Notes under the pieces: model-generated | Told to the model about the DNA's origin: nothing | The model's database searches: none | The model's input: only the letters and a program-made list of their open reading frames with translations | Part shown: in pieces, positions 54,195-62,972 of the stretch | Layout: each line of letters opens with the position of its first letter | Numbering within the stretch: the first letter of the stretch is position 1 | Made by a program: the position numbers and the translations under genes | IMG/VR virus record: IMGVR_UViG_3300036820_000014 | Span: 1-64,000 of that record | Direction: 5' to 3' (one strand) | DNA: 64,000 bases | From: a virus

Positions 54195-55708
54195 AGCGCC
54201 ACCTCTTCTTCGGGCTTGCCCATTCCGAGAAGCTCGCGGAGAGCCCCGCAATTCGAGACGTCCAACTCCAACTTCGCCCGGGTCACCGCGACGTACAGGA
54301 GCCGTAGCTCGCTGCTCAAGTCCTTAGGACGACCGTCAGGCCCTATGGATGGCATCAGGTCCTCGGCGAAGTCATCCGCCAGCCGTACCTTCGGGAACTC
54401 CAGGCCCTTGGCTTTGTGTGCCGTCGAGACGACCACGTCGGCCGAGGTGCGCCTGTCCATGCGCCCGAGGGCATCAAGGATGACCTCGCACCCGAACTCC
54501 TCGACCAGCGACACCATGAGGCGCAATTCGTCACCTTGTGGGTCGATCCTGGAGTACTCGATCACTTCATCCCAAGAACGGAAACATGCCAATTCTGGGT
54601 GAGCGGTCCAGCCTCGTTCCATGAGGTCGGTCGCCGCCCTGGCAAACGATGCGACCTCGGCACCACCGCCCACCAGATAGACACCTCGGCCAGCCGCCTG
54701 CAGCCTGAGCACCGTCGTGACGGCCCCGGCGTTGGTCCTGGTAAGAATCGCCGATGGGTTCGGCATCCTTTCCACCAGCCGCGAGGACACCTCAGGGTTG
54801 CCCGAGAGCATGAACGGGGAATCGAGGCGACGCAGGAGCGTGTTGGCCACGGTGGCGATCTCATCGCCGAAGCGGAAGGACTTGGTCAGGTAAGACCTGA
54901 GATCGGCCGGCACCCGCTCCAAGGCGTTGACCGCCCCACGCCACTCATAAATCTGCTGCTGGGAGTCACCCACGAATACAAGCTGGGTTCCCCTGGCCAC
55001 CTGCTGCTCGACGATCGACAGCATGACCGGCGCGGCGTCCTGGGCCTCATCGAAGAGGACGAAGTCTGCCGCCATCTTCGGGTCGTTCAGCTCGAACATC
55101 TTGAGGTAGTGATCGTGCTCGAACTTGAGCCGGCCGCCCGGGTCGCAGATGTCCGCCCAAGCGGCACCGAGGAACGGGGCGATGTGAGCGCGCACCGCGT
55201 TGTTGTTGTCGAACGACCGCTCGTGGGTGGTCTCGTTGGGCAGGTCGATCCCGTCGATGTATGGCACGTGGTGGACGCCTGGGACCTTGTCGGTGGACTG
55301 GCAGAAGTTCCGGACCCCACGCATGACAAGCGAGGCCAGATAGCCCCGCTGGAGCACCTTGGACTCAGACCCATAGCGGATCACGAATTGCGTGATGCCC
55401 ATCTGTCGGGCGATCTCGTCGGAACGGACCCGAGACGCACCGAGGCGGTGGCGATACCGCTGCCCGATCGCCCTCATGGCGAGAGAGTGGGCCGTCGAGG
55501 CGCGGACGTTGTCGGGGCAGCGACGTCCGAAGTCATCGACGATCGCCCGGTTGAACGCGACGTACTGGCCATGCCCTCTCGGTGCCGACTCGGCGCACAT
55601 GATGAGTGTCGATGTCTTGCCCGTTCCGGCTCCCGCTTCGATCGCGAGACCCATCCCGGTTCCGAACGCCTCGACCGCCGCTACTTGCTCATCGGTTGGC
55701 TTGGGCAT
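54191..55708 (-). CDS. UvrD/Rep-like SF1 helicase
   Basis: AGAGTGKT, TAHSLA, FDEAQD, VGDSQQQIYEWRGA, LTKSFRFG, STAHKAKGLEF, LLYVAVTRAK. Confidence 0.93.
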   Translation of the reverse strand: MPKPTDEQVAAVEAFGTGMGLAIEAGAGTGKTSTLIMCAESAPRGHGQYVAFNRAIVDDFGRRCPDNVRASTAHSLAMRAIGQRYRHRLGASRVRSDEIARQMGITQFVIRYGSESKVLQRGYLASLVMRGVRNFCQSTDKVPGVHHVPYIDGIDLPNETTHERSFDNNNAVRAHIAPFLGAAWADICDPGGRLKFEHDHYLKMFELNDPKMAADFVLFDEAQDAAPVMLSIVEQQVARGTQLVFVGDSQQQIYEWRGAVNALERVPADLRSYLTKSFRFGDEIATVANTLLRRLDSPFMLSGNPEVSSRLVERMPNPSAILTRTNAGAVTTVLRLQAAGRGVYLVGGGAEVASFARAATDLMERGWTAHPELACFRSWDEVIEYSRIDPQGDELRLMVSLVEEFGCEVILDALGRMDRRTSADVVVSTAHKAKGLEFPKVRLADDFAEDLMPSIGPDGRPKDLSSELRLLYVAVTRAKLELDVSNCGALRELLGMGKPEEEVAL

Positions 55709-55709
55709 G

Positions 55710-56219
55710 TCACTCGTCTGTCGTCGGGATAAGGCTATCTACAGGCTCCATCGGGACAACGTGATAGACGTACGCACCGCATCGCTCACAAAGGGTGCGC
55801 GTGCCGAACGGCCGCAGGCACGAGGAGCACTCGCGAACCCATGAGATCGGCTTGCCGTTGATCTCGGTGACACTCTCGGCCAGGTACACCTTGTTTTGGT
55901 TCTCGACTATGCCGAAGGCCAGGTCTCCGTCGTAGTCGCAGAGGGCGTCGACCGTTCCTTCGATGACCTGAGCCACGCCATCCCAGAACCGCATGCTCAC
56001 GCGGTAACCGGGCTTGAGGACGGCGTCAGCATCAGGTACCACCCAGAGGCCGAACCGCTCGCGGGCGCACGCACCGTGTAACCACTGGCCTCGGTATAGA
56101 GCCGGGATCTCATCGAGCGCACCATCGGGATCGGACTTGATGTCATCGCCGCATAGTTGGCACATCTCGAAGTCGGGGGCGTCGTCAGCGGAGTCGTAGG
56201 TTTCGCCGTTCCTATCCAC
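55710..56219 (-). CDS. Zn-finger hypothetical protein
   Basis: RBS GAAAGGA; CQLC, H..C, CSSC, CERC. Confidence 0.6.
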   Translation of the reverse strand: MDRNGETYDSADDAPDFEMCQLCGDDIKSDPDGALDEIPALYRGQWLHGACARERFGLWVVPDADAVLKPGYRVSMRFWDGVAQVIEGTVDALCDYDGDLAFGIVENQNKVYLAESVTEINGKPISWVRECSSCLRPFGTRTLCERCGAYVYHVVPMEPVDSLIPTTDE

Positions 56220-56263
56220 TTGGTCGGTTCCTTTCATTTGGGTTGGAGCTTTCACTGGTCACA

Positions 56264-56280
56264 CTATAACCGAGTTTTAG
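56264..56280. promoter_or_regulatory. 17-bp operator between divergent promoters
   Basis: CTATAACCGAGTTTTAG; TATAGT on minus strand, TATGCT on plus strand. Confidence 0.7.
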
Positions 56281-56298
56281 CCGCTATGCTCTCGGATC

Positions 56299-56586
56299 AT
56301 GCCCACAGCCACTCAGCCCACGGCGTCCACAGAATCCCCAGAGGATGTCGATGGGGTGCTCGCCAGCCTTGAGAGTGCCCGTCTGTGCGTCGAGAACTCG
56401 AAGATCGCCTTCGATGAGGCCCGGTACGTGGCAGTGACCACCCTGGAGGCGACCGGCTGGACCCGAGAGAAGATCGGCGAGGCTCTGGGGTGCTCGCCCA
56501 TGAGGGTCCGCCAGCTCGCGGGGTCTAGGAAGGACGGCGGTCCGAAGGGTCCGCCGAGAGGCCGATGGGCTCCCAGGACGACCTAG
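56299..56586 (+). CDS. Small HTH regulator (candidate repressor)
   Basis: GWTREKIGEALGCSPMRVRQL; TATGCT 8 nt before ATG. Confidence 0.75.
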   Translation: MPTATQPTASTESPEDVDGVLASLESARLCVENSKIAFDEARYVAVTTLEATGWTREKIGEALGCSPMRVRQLAGSRKDGGPKGPPRGRWAPRTT

Positions 56587-56795
56587 GCGAGACCGAGGTC
56601 CGGCGCCTGGGCCGATCTGGTGATCGTCATGCCCGCATCGCCACCTGTGCCCGCTTGCCGAAGGACGTCCACGAGGCGCTCAGGATCGCCGCCGAGGACC
56701 GCGGGGTCTCGATGAATTGGCTGATCTGTCGGGCCGTCGCCGAGTATCTGGACCGCCTGGTCCCGGTCGAAGAGATGCTCCTAACCCGGGACTGA
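56565..56795 (+). CDS. Ribbon-helix-helix protein
   Basis: TCARLPKDVHEALRIAAEDRGVSMNWLICRAVAEYL. Confidence 0.8.
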   Translation: MGSQDDLGETEVRRLGRSGDRHARIATCARLPKDVHEALRIAAEDRGVSMNWLICRAVAEYLDRLVPVEEMLLTRD

Positions 56796-56818
56796 GGTCC
56801 GAGAACCGGGGATCCCGG

Positions 56819-58120
56819 TTAGTTCGGCAGGGCCGGTACCGCCGGCGGGACGATGGCCGGGAGTTGGCTCGGACACGCTGCATCGAAGGCGACACCCGTA
56901 GGTGTCTTGTTCCCGCAAGCGAGTGACGAGGACTTCCCCAGCGTCGCGAAGGGATAACCCGTGCCACCGATCGAGGGCAACGGATCGGTGTTGCCCATCA
57001 CCAGCACGTCCACCGTATTTAGGACGTTCACAGGTGACCGGTTAGGCCACGTGCTCGAGGCCGTCGATGTGTTGCCCGAGATCAGGACGTTGGCGTTCGC
57101 CGAACCGCCGAAGTTGTGAGGTGCCACGAAGATCCGGATCTGGGCACCAGTGACGAGCTGGAGGTCCGTGATGGCCACCCGCTGGAGCTCGGTACCGGTA
57201 TACGCAGCGAACAGGTAGCCGTAGTTCTGACCGATGATCTTGTCGTGGGTGATGTCGATATCCGTGTCGATTGCCGCCGCATAAGTGACGTCGGTCTCGT
57301 CATCGAACATGGTCAGTCCGGCACCTTGGAAGGTGTCCTGGCTGATGAGCACGCGGTGGGCACCGTTCGTCTCGGAGATCCCCATCCGGCCGGCGTAGGA
57401 GAACCTCGAGTGCTCGATCGTGACGTCCGTGCTCGGCATCCCACCACCACCGCCGGGAGCCTCGTGTAGCCCCGAGATGGTTACGAAGTCGCCCCATGGA
57501 CCGTGCTCGGTGTCGTCCAAAAGGAGGACGCGCTGAGCCCCGTCGATCGAGATGAAGGAGTCCGGCTGAAGCGCCGGGGTATCGCCTGACTTAGACGAGT
57601 GCGAGCCGGTGATTGTGAGGTCTTTGATGGTGAGGTCACACCCGCCATCGAGCGTGAGTAGCTCGACCTGAGACGTGATGCCCGAATAGAGATCGTTCAT
57701 ATATGCCGTCGAGCCGCAGTACGGAGCGACAGACGGGTTGTCACGGCCACCAACCACCGTGTCGGGGACGGTCGTCGAGGTCTCTCGAATCGTCGCTCCG
57801 TTGCCGTCCAGGTCGATATTCCTGGCTCCTCGCCACCACCAGGAGCCGTTGACCAGGTAGCAGGCACCCTTCTTGAGTTTGGCGATGGAGTCGTGGCCCG
57901 GCGTTCCATCCCGGACGCTCATCAACCATGCTCCGAGACTGGCCGTGTCATCGACCTTGCAGGTGGTGTCGATCGTCTTAGGTGGGGTGAAAGTGGTCGG
58001 TGCCTTGATGGTCACTTTCGGCTTCGGTGCCGGCGAGCTGACGGCTAAGCCGATCCCGACACCAGCACCGGCCAAGACTACGGCGAGGGCTCCAATAAGT
58101 AGCTTGCGGCGGCGAGTCAC
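56819..58120 (-). CDS. Membrane-anchored/secreted right-handed beta-helix (pectate lyase-like) protein
   Basis: RRRK + hydrophobic helix, Pro/Lys linker, DDTASL, LDGNGATI, repeated V.I..N rungs. Confidence 0.75.
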   Translation of the reverse strand: MTRRRKLLIGALAVVLAGAGVGIGLAVSSPAPKPKVTIKAPTTFTPPKTIDTTCKVDDTASLGAWLMSVRDGTPGHDSIAKLKKGACYLVNGSWWWRGARNIDLDGNGATIRETSTTVPDTVVGGRDNPSVAPYCGSTAYMNDLYSGITSQVELLTLDGGCDLTIKDLTITGSHSSKSGDTPALQPDSFISIDGAQRVLLLDDTEHGPWGDFVTISGLHEAPGGGGGMPSTDVTIEHSRFSYAGRMGISETNGAHRVLISQDTFQGAGLTMFDDETDVTYAAAIDTDIDITHDKIIGQNYGYLFAAYTGTELQRVAITDLQLVTGAQIRIFVAPHNFGGSANANVLISGNTSTASSTWPNRSPVNVLNTVDVLVMGNTDPLPSIGGTGYPFATLGKSSSLACGNKTPTGVAFDAACPSQLPAIVPPAVPALPN

Positions 58121-58130
58121 CCGCGCGGGT

Positions 58131-58736
58131 TTACCAGCCGAGGTCGACCATGGTAGCGATACTGGCTAGACCTCCGGCGGGGCCCTTCGAGCGGCTCTCT
58201 CCGACCAGTGCTCGCCCGTAGCCAGGGCTCTGGATCGGCGGGTCCAGCGTTACACCGCCGAGCGAGTACGCGAGGAGAGCCGAACGCACTATGAAATGGT
58301 CGCGCCAGAGCCCGTGACGGGCTGCGATGACCTCGTCCGGATCGGCGTACTTGCCTGTCTCACCACCTCGGATCGTTGGCCACGGGTGCACAACGTCAAC
58401 GACGAAGGTAGTGACCCGCAGAGCGACCTTTCCGAACTCTCCACTCACATCCTGGAACTGCTGCTGGCCAGCTCGCCCAGGAAGCAGCGTTGGCATCGCG
58501 ACGATCAGCTGCTTACCTCCGCCGATCCACCATGGTGCCGCTTCTGAGTGCACTACCTGGCGACGCGCGTATTCGTCTCCTCGTTGGAAGTAATCGAGAG
58601 ACTGCCCGGCGATCGCCAGAAGCCCTTCTCCCATGAGCGAGAGAAGCTGCTGGTTCGGGATCCACTGAGGGGCGGGAGGGAAGCTGACCGTGAACGGTTG
58701 CATCCCCTCCGGAGGCAGGTCGAAGTCATCGCTCAT
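58131..58736 (-). CDS. Probable tail terminator/tail completion protein
   Basis: Position after adaptor; QL.V, GP.GG C-terminal motif. Confidence 0.55.
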   Translation of the reverse strand: MSDDFDLPPEGMQPFTVSFPPAPQWIPNQQLLSLMGEGLLAIAGQSLDYFQRGDEYARRQVVHSEAAPWWIGGGKQLIVAMPTLLPGRAGQQQFQDVSGEFGKVALRVTTFVVDVVHPWPTIRGGETGKYADPDEVIAARHGLWRDHFIVRSALLAYSLGGVTLDPPIQSPGYGRALVGESRSKGPAGGLASIATMVDLGW

Positions 58737-58879
58737 GCGTCGGAGTCCTCAAGGGTGCAGAACACCTGGAGCCACATCTCCTCCCAATATCGAGCGACCG
58801 GGTCATCTCGGCTCACGCCGTCGTCAATGATGTCGTGCTCGTTGTTGCGGATCTTGCGACGTCGACGACGACGTATCAC
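58733..58879 (-). CDS. Small protein (48 aa)
   Basis: GTGA and ATGA overlaps at both ends. Confidence 0.4.
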   Translation of the reverse strand: MIRRRRRRKIRNNEHDIIDDGVSRDDPVARYWEEMWLQVFCTLEDSDA

Positions 58880-59730
58880 TGGCCGTATGGCATCGAACGG
58901 CCCTGGACCGAGTTCGGAGCAAGGAACGACGCTCGCCGGCGTAGCCCGTTGGGATTCTTCGCCTTCAGGAAGGCCGCGCACCAAGGGAGCGGGATGATGT
59001 TGTCGCGCAGGTGCGCGATCGAGTCGGCCACCTGGACGCTCACGCCCTCGGATGCCATCGACACGACCCGGTTGGAAAGCACCGACAGGTCGCTTCCTGA
59101 GAACGACAGGGCCAACTCGATGGTCAACTCGACGCAGGCCGCCCACCCGGATGCCGGGACCGGTCGGCCCCACTCGTAGTCGATCAGCCAGGTCCCCGGA
59201 TAGCTGAGCGGAAGCTGAAGTTGCTGCTCCCACGGCCACGCTGACGCGCCCTGGGAGGCGGGGTTGATGTTGCGGACCAGGCGTCTTCGGTCGTAGAGGG
59301 TGTAGTCGGCACCCTCTACGAGCTCGACGCCGTTCACAAGCACCTGGTTGATCCGGGTGACCGGTCCCTGGAGGACGACCTCTGCGAGGTCCTGGCCGTT
59401 GTTCCACCAACCCATCCCCGGTGCCGTCCAGGCCCAGCCGGCAGCGAAGCCCCACGCCGAGCCGTAGCCCGACATCGATGAGTAGGGATAGAGGAAGCTC
59501 TGGTTGGCGTATGACGAGTTGATTGTGGTCGGCCGAATCCGAGAGCGCCCAGTGCGGTACTGGCGGCCGCTGAAGCAGTAGAGCAGGTCAGTGGCCACGC
59601 CGATCATCCGCCCGATGTCGATGTCTTGGACCTTGGCTAGCCGTCTCGTCGGGATGTCGTCCTCGTTGCACCATGGCGAGAGCCACGTCTCGGCTGCTGG
59701 CGCTACTGTGGCGATGGCTGGGGCACCCAT
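58876..59730 (-). CDS. Head-tail adaptor
   Basis: ATDLLY..SGRQY, L.GPV..I..V.VNG, WP..Q.L, Y.WG.PVP, RV.S...EGVS. Confidence 0.8.
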   Translation of the reverse strand: MGAPAIATVAPAAETWLSPWCNEDDIPTRRLAKVQDIDIGRMIGVATDLLYCFSGRQYRTGRSRIRPTTINSSYANQSFLYPYSSMSGYGSAWGFAAGWAWTAPGMGWWNNGQDLAEVVLQGPVTRINQVLVNGVELVEGADYTLYDRRRLVRNINPASQGASAWPWEQQLQLPLSYPGTWLIDYEWGRPVPASGWAACVELTIELALSFSGSDLSVLSNRVVSMASEGVSVQVADSIAHLRDNIIPLPWCAAFLKAKNPNGLRRRASFLAPNSVQGRSMPYGQ

Positions 59731-60371
59731 CAGGAGGCCTGCTCGTAGGTGATCCCGGTGTCTGAGGGGAAGGTGATCGTGCCGGCTCCGGTCAAGACGA
59801 TCGTGCCGTCCGGTTGGGCAACGAACTGGCCCGAGCTCGATGGCGTAATCGGATCCCCACCCTCTGTCGCTGAGATGTTGACAAGGTCGGCACTCACGAC
59901 CGTGACCACCCAATACTGAGTATCTGTCGTGAACCCCGTCGGGATCCCTGTGTTCGAGAGAGCAGGATCTTCGTAAAGCCGGATCACGTCGTTCACGCTG
60001 AGGCCGTGTGCGGGAATGATGATGTCGTCATCGGTGCCGACGGCGCAGCACCCCATCGGTTGACCGGCCAAAGGCCAGCCTGCGAGGAAGGTGCCACCCG
60101 TCTGAGCTGTCCAGAAGCCGACCCAGGGGATCGTCTCCGCTCCAGCGACATCGATCGAGAGATCGCCCGAATTGTTCTCGGTGCCGTCCGTGCCACTGAA
60201 GGTGATCTGTTGGCGACCATCTGCTCCAGTGCCGCTCGTTATCTCGTTCGCGCCCGTTCCACCCGGACTCCCTGAGTGAAGCGACAGCCAGACCTCAGAG
60301 ATGTCATAGCTGGTGTTCTCACAAAGCGCCTGAGCGAGCCCCTGTAGTTGTGCAGTGGTCAGCCCCATCAA
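59730..60371 (-). CDS. Virion structural (fibre-like) protein
   Basis: LSLHSGSPGGTGANE, GFWTAQTGGTFL; HGLSVNDVI beta-barrel insert. Confidence 0.75.
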   Translation of the reverse strand: MMGLTTAQLQGLAQALCENTSYDISEVWLSLHSGSPGGTGANEITSGTGADGRQQITFSGTDGTENNSGDLSIDVAGAETIPWVGFWTAQTGGTFLAGWPLAGQPMGCCAVGTDDDIIIPAHGLSVNDVIRLYEDPALSNTGIPTGFTTDTQYWVVTVVSADLVNISATEGGDPITPSSSGQFVAQPDGTIVLTGAGTITFPSDTGITYEQAS

Positions 60372-60384
60372 AATCCCCTATCCG

Positions 60385-60882
60385 TCACTCGCTTGATGAT
60401 AAGGCTCCGACCATGAACCATCCGGGACATTGAGGGTCGGCCATGAGTTCAACGACGGTGAGCCCCACCTCGCTTGCGAGCGACCGGAGCGCACCCGCTG
60501 AGAATCGCCAGTAATCCGGCGGATTGTGCACCGGGAACGCTCCCCTCTGAGCGTCGTATCCGCGACAGGTGAGTATGAGCGTGCCGTTGTATCGCAGGAG
60601 TCGAGCGATCTCCTTGAACGTTTCCCATGGTCGAGGATCGTGCTCGAGCATCTCGGTCGTCACCACGACATCAAATGATCCGGTGGAGAACGGGATGATG
60701 CCCGGCTCAACGACGAAGTCGACCCCTGGTCCTTGGGCTAGATCGACCCCCATGTAGTCGCCGGTAAAGAAGCGTCTTATCGACCCGTTTACGTCTGCCG
60801 ACCCGATCTCTAATACCGACCGATGTGACAAGGAAAACTGATCGACCTTTCTTTCCACCCACTCCATGACCGATTCATGCAC
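60385..60882 (-). CDS. Class I SAM-dependent methyltransferase (type 11)
   Basis: VLEIGSADVNGS, GVD...GPGVD, EMLEH, H.PPDYWRF. Confidence 0.88.
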   Translation of the reverse strand: MHESVMEWVERKVDQFSLSHRSVLEIGSADVNGSIRRFFTGDYMGVDLAQGPGVDFVVEPGIIPFSTGSFDVVVTTEMLEHDPRPWETFKEIARLLRYNGTLILTCRGYDAQRGAFPVHNPPDYWRFSAGALRSLASEVGLTVVELMADPQCPGWFMVGALSSSE

Positions 60883-60927
60883 GGGCTCGGCGTTGGACAG
60901 AGCCGGTCATCCCCCGGCTGTCCTCCA

Positions 60928-61140
60928 TCACGCCGCCAGCTTGTCGAAGACCATTTCACCATCGACTACCAGGCTGAGGTCTCCGTCGACGCCGACGAAG
61001 GCTGTCCAGTTGCACTCATCGGGACTGATCCAACCCTGGTAACGATCCGCTGGCCATTGACAGCCCGGATTGGACTCCTCAAGCTCGGCTCGCTGCTCGT
61101 CGGTCGGCACGGGATACCTCCCCACGCTGATGTTGCACAT
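60928..61140 (-). CDS. Small hypothetical protein (70 aa)
   Basis: Strong RBS AAAGGAGGTG; overlaps GT 3' end. Confidence 0.6.
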   Translation of the reverse strand: MCNISVGRYPVPTDEQRAELEESNPGCQWPADRYQGWISPDECNWTAFVGVDGDLSLVVDGEMVFDKLAA

Positions 61141-62959
61141 TCGCTTCACCTCCTTTCGTGCTTTTGGTTGCGACTTTTTCATAGCCCACACGGGCCTTTT
61201 CCTGCTCAGCAAACCAATCGACGTTGTTCGCGTCGAACGTGGCATGACCATCGTGGTGGACATAGCACCCGTCAGCGATGACCAGGTCGCCGAAGGCCTT
61301 CAGCTTCCGGCAGAGGTCGTCGTCTTCATAGCCGCCCATCGAGTCGTTGAACTTCCGGAAGCGCCCGACCTTGTTGAACATCTCAGCCTCGACCGCCAGG
61401 CAGAAGCCGACGAGACGATCCGTCTTACGACTACGACCCTGGTGAGACTTGAGCCATTCGGCGGAGAACTCCTCGAGGTCATCGATCTCCGGCGCCTCCT
61501 CGACAATTTGCGGCCCGCTCACGCATCCCGCTCGAGCGCCTGATGCGACAACGGTCTCGGAGCGAAGGTGACCGATCAGCTCGTTTAGCCAGCCCTCGGT
61601 GACGATGACGTCGTTGTTCAAGAACACCAGCGTCGGGTTGGTAGCCGCCTCTGCCCCGGCGTTGCAGGCTGCGGCGAACCCGCGGTTGGGCGCGGCCCAG
61701 CCGATCTCCTTTAGTCGCTTGTCCTTGAATCGCCACTGAACTGAACAGATCGCGCCAACACCAGCTGTTTTATCTGTCGAACCGTCATTGACAAGAACAA
61801 CCTCGTCATCGGTGTTGAGTGTCGGGAGTAGCGCGTCGAGGCACCGTTCGGTCATGGCCCAGGCGTTCCACACCGGCACGATTACAGAGACGGCAGGACG
61901 ACCCCAGTGGGCGCGCATCTTCGAGAGATCGGCTAGGAGTTGACCATCGACCGCGTAGCCTTCCGCCGCCTTGGCTCCGAGTTCCAGTTCCTCGAGCGAC
62001 CTATCGAGATCCCCGAGCCGCTCGAAAGCGACGGCGAGGTAGTGGTGAAACCGCCACGGCAACGAGTCGTCTCGGAGGTAGTGGGTAACAGGCGGACACG
62101 CGAGCCCACGCTCGGCGGCTTCGATCACATCGACATGGCGCTTGAGGTCCGATGACCACGCGGCCTTGGCGAACCATGCTCCGGGCTCGTCGGGTGCCTC
62201 GACGGTTCCCTGGTGAACCCAGAAGAGCACGTCCTCGTCTTGAGCTCCCGTCTTCGAGCTGGCCATCGCCAGCCATCGACACGTCGCGGCCCGCTCGTTC
62301 GGCGTTCCTGTCGTGAGGTCCATCGCCCGTTGGCCTGTTCTGAGGACCTCGAGCCAGTCCTGACGTAGCCCGTACTCTCGGCTCAGGTAGGCCCACATGC
62401 GGAAATCACTGGGCTGCTCCGAGACGGCGAGCTCCAAGAGGCCGAGGTATTGAGTCCTCGGCTTTGAGTTGTCAGGCCGATGCTTGATGAGCGCACCTTC
62501 GATGAAGACAGCATGCTCCTCTCGCATGGGATAGGGCACCGCGACCTCGTGACACGGTGCGACCCACCGGTAGCCCTTGCGGCCGTGGATCCGATTGACC
62601 TGCCACCGCGCGCCAGTGTCGATCTCGATGAAGCCTCGCTCGAACGGACCTGCCTTTTCCCACGCACGCCGGACGGCCTTGATGAATCCAGGAGCGAGGA
62701 CCTCGTCCATGTCGAGCGAGATGCACAGGTCCACGTCGACCGGCAGAAGCGCCAGTGCAGCGTTCCTGGCGTCATCGAACCGCCAGGGGTCGATCGAGAT
62801 GGACGAGACGGTGACACCGACATTCCTTAGCGCCTTGACCGTTCCATCCGTCGAGCCGGTATCAGCGACGAACCGGAAGTCAGCTTGCGCGCACGAGGTC
62901 GCCCACCGTCTCGCGTGAGCGACCTCGTTGTAAGCAACTGTATAGACCGCGATCTTCAC
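61079..62959 (-). CDS. Double GT2 glycosyltransferase with central TPR region
   Basis: GT-A 1: KIAVY..AYNE, DTGSTD, PWRFDDARN, LDMDE, HE. GT-A 2: VSVIVPVWN, VNDGSTD, GFAAACN, FLNND, GYEDDD. Confidence 0.9.
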   Translation of the reverse strand: MKIAVYTVAYNEVAHARRWATSCAQADFRFVADTGSTDGTVKALRNVGVTVSSISIDPWRFDDARNAALALLPVDVDLCISLDMDEVLAPGFIKAVRRAWEKAGPFERGFIEIDTGARWQVNRIHGRKGYRWVAPCHEVAVPYPMREEHAVFIEGALIKHRPDNSKPRTQYLGLLELAVSEQPSDFRMWAYLSREYGLRQDWLEVLRTGQRAMDLTTGTPNERAATCRWLAMASSKTGAQDEDVLFWVHQGTVEAPDEPGAWFAKAAWSSDLKRHVDVIEAAERGLACPPVTHYLRDDSLPWRFHHYLAVAFERLGDLDRSLEELELGAKAAEGYAVDGQLLADLSKMRAHWGRPAVSVIVPVWNAWAMTERCLDALLPTLNTDDEVVLVNDGSTDKTAGVGAICSVQWRFKDKRLKEIGWAAPNRGFAAACNAGAEAATNPTLVFLNNDVIVTEGWLNELIGHLRSETVVASGARAGCVSGPQIVEEAPEIDDLEEFSAEWLKSHQGRSRKTDRLVGFCLAVEAEMFNKVGRFRKFNDSMGGYEDDDLCRKLKAFGDLVIADGCYVHHDGHATFDANNVDWFAEQEKARVGYEKVATKSTKGGEANVQHQRGEVSRADRRAASRA

Positions 62960-62972
62960 GGCCTGGATTCTG

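Noticed and set aside
54416-55732. Long plus-strand ORFs (also 16109-16969, 25853-26677, 11202-11951, 8017-8721, 30339-31067)
   Set aside because: Antisense shadows of well-supported minus-strand genes in high-GC DNA; no motifs
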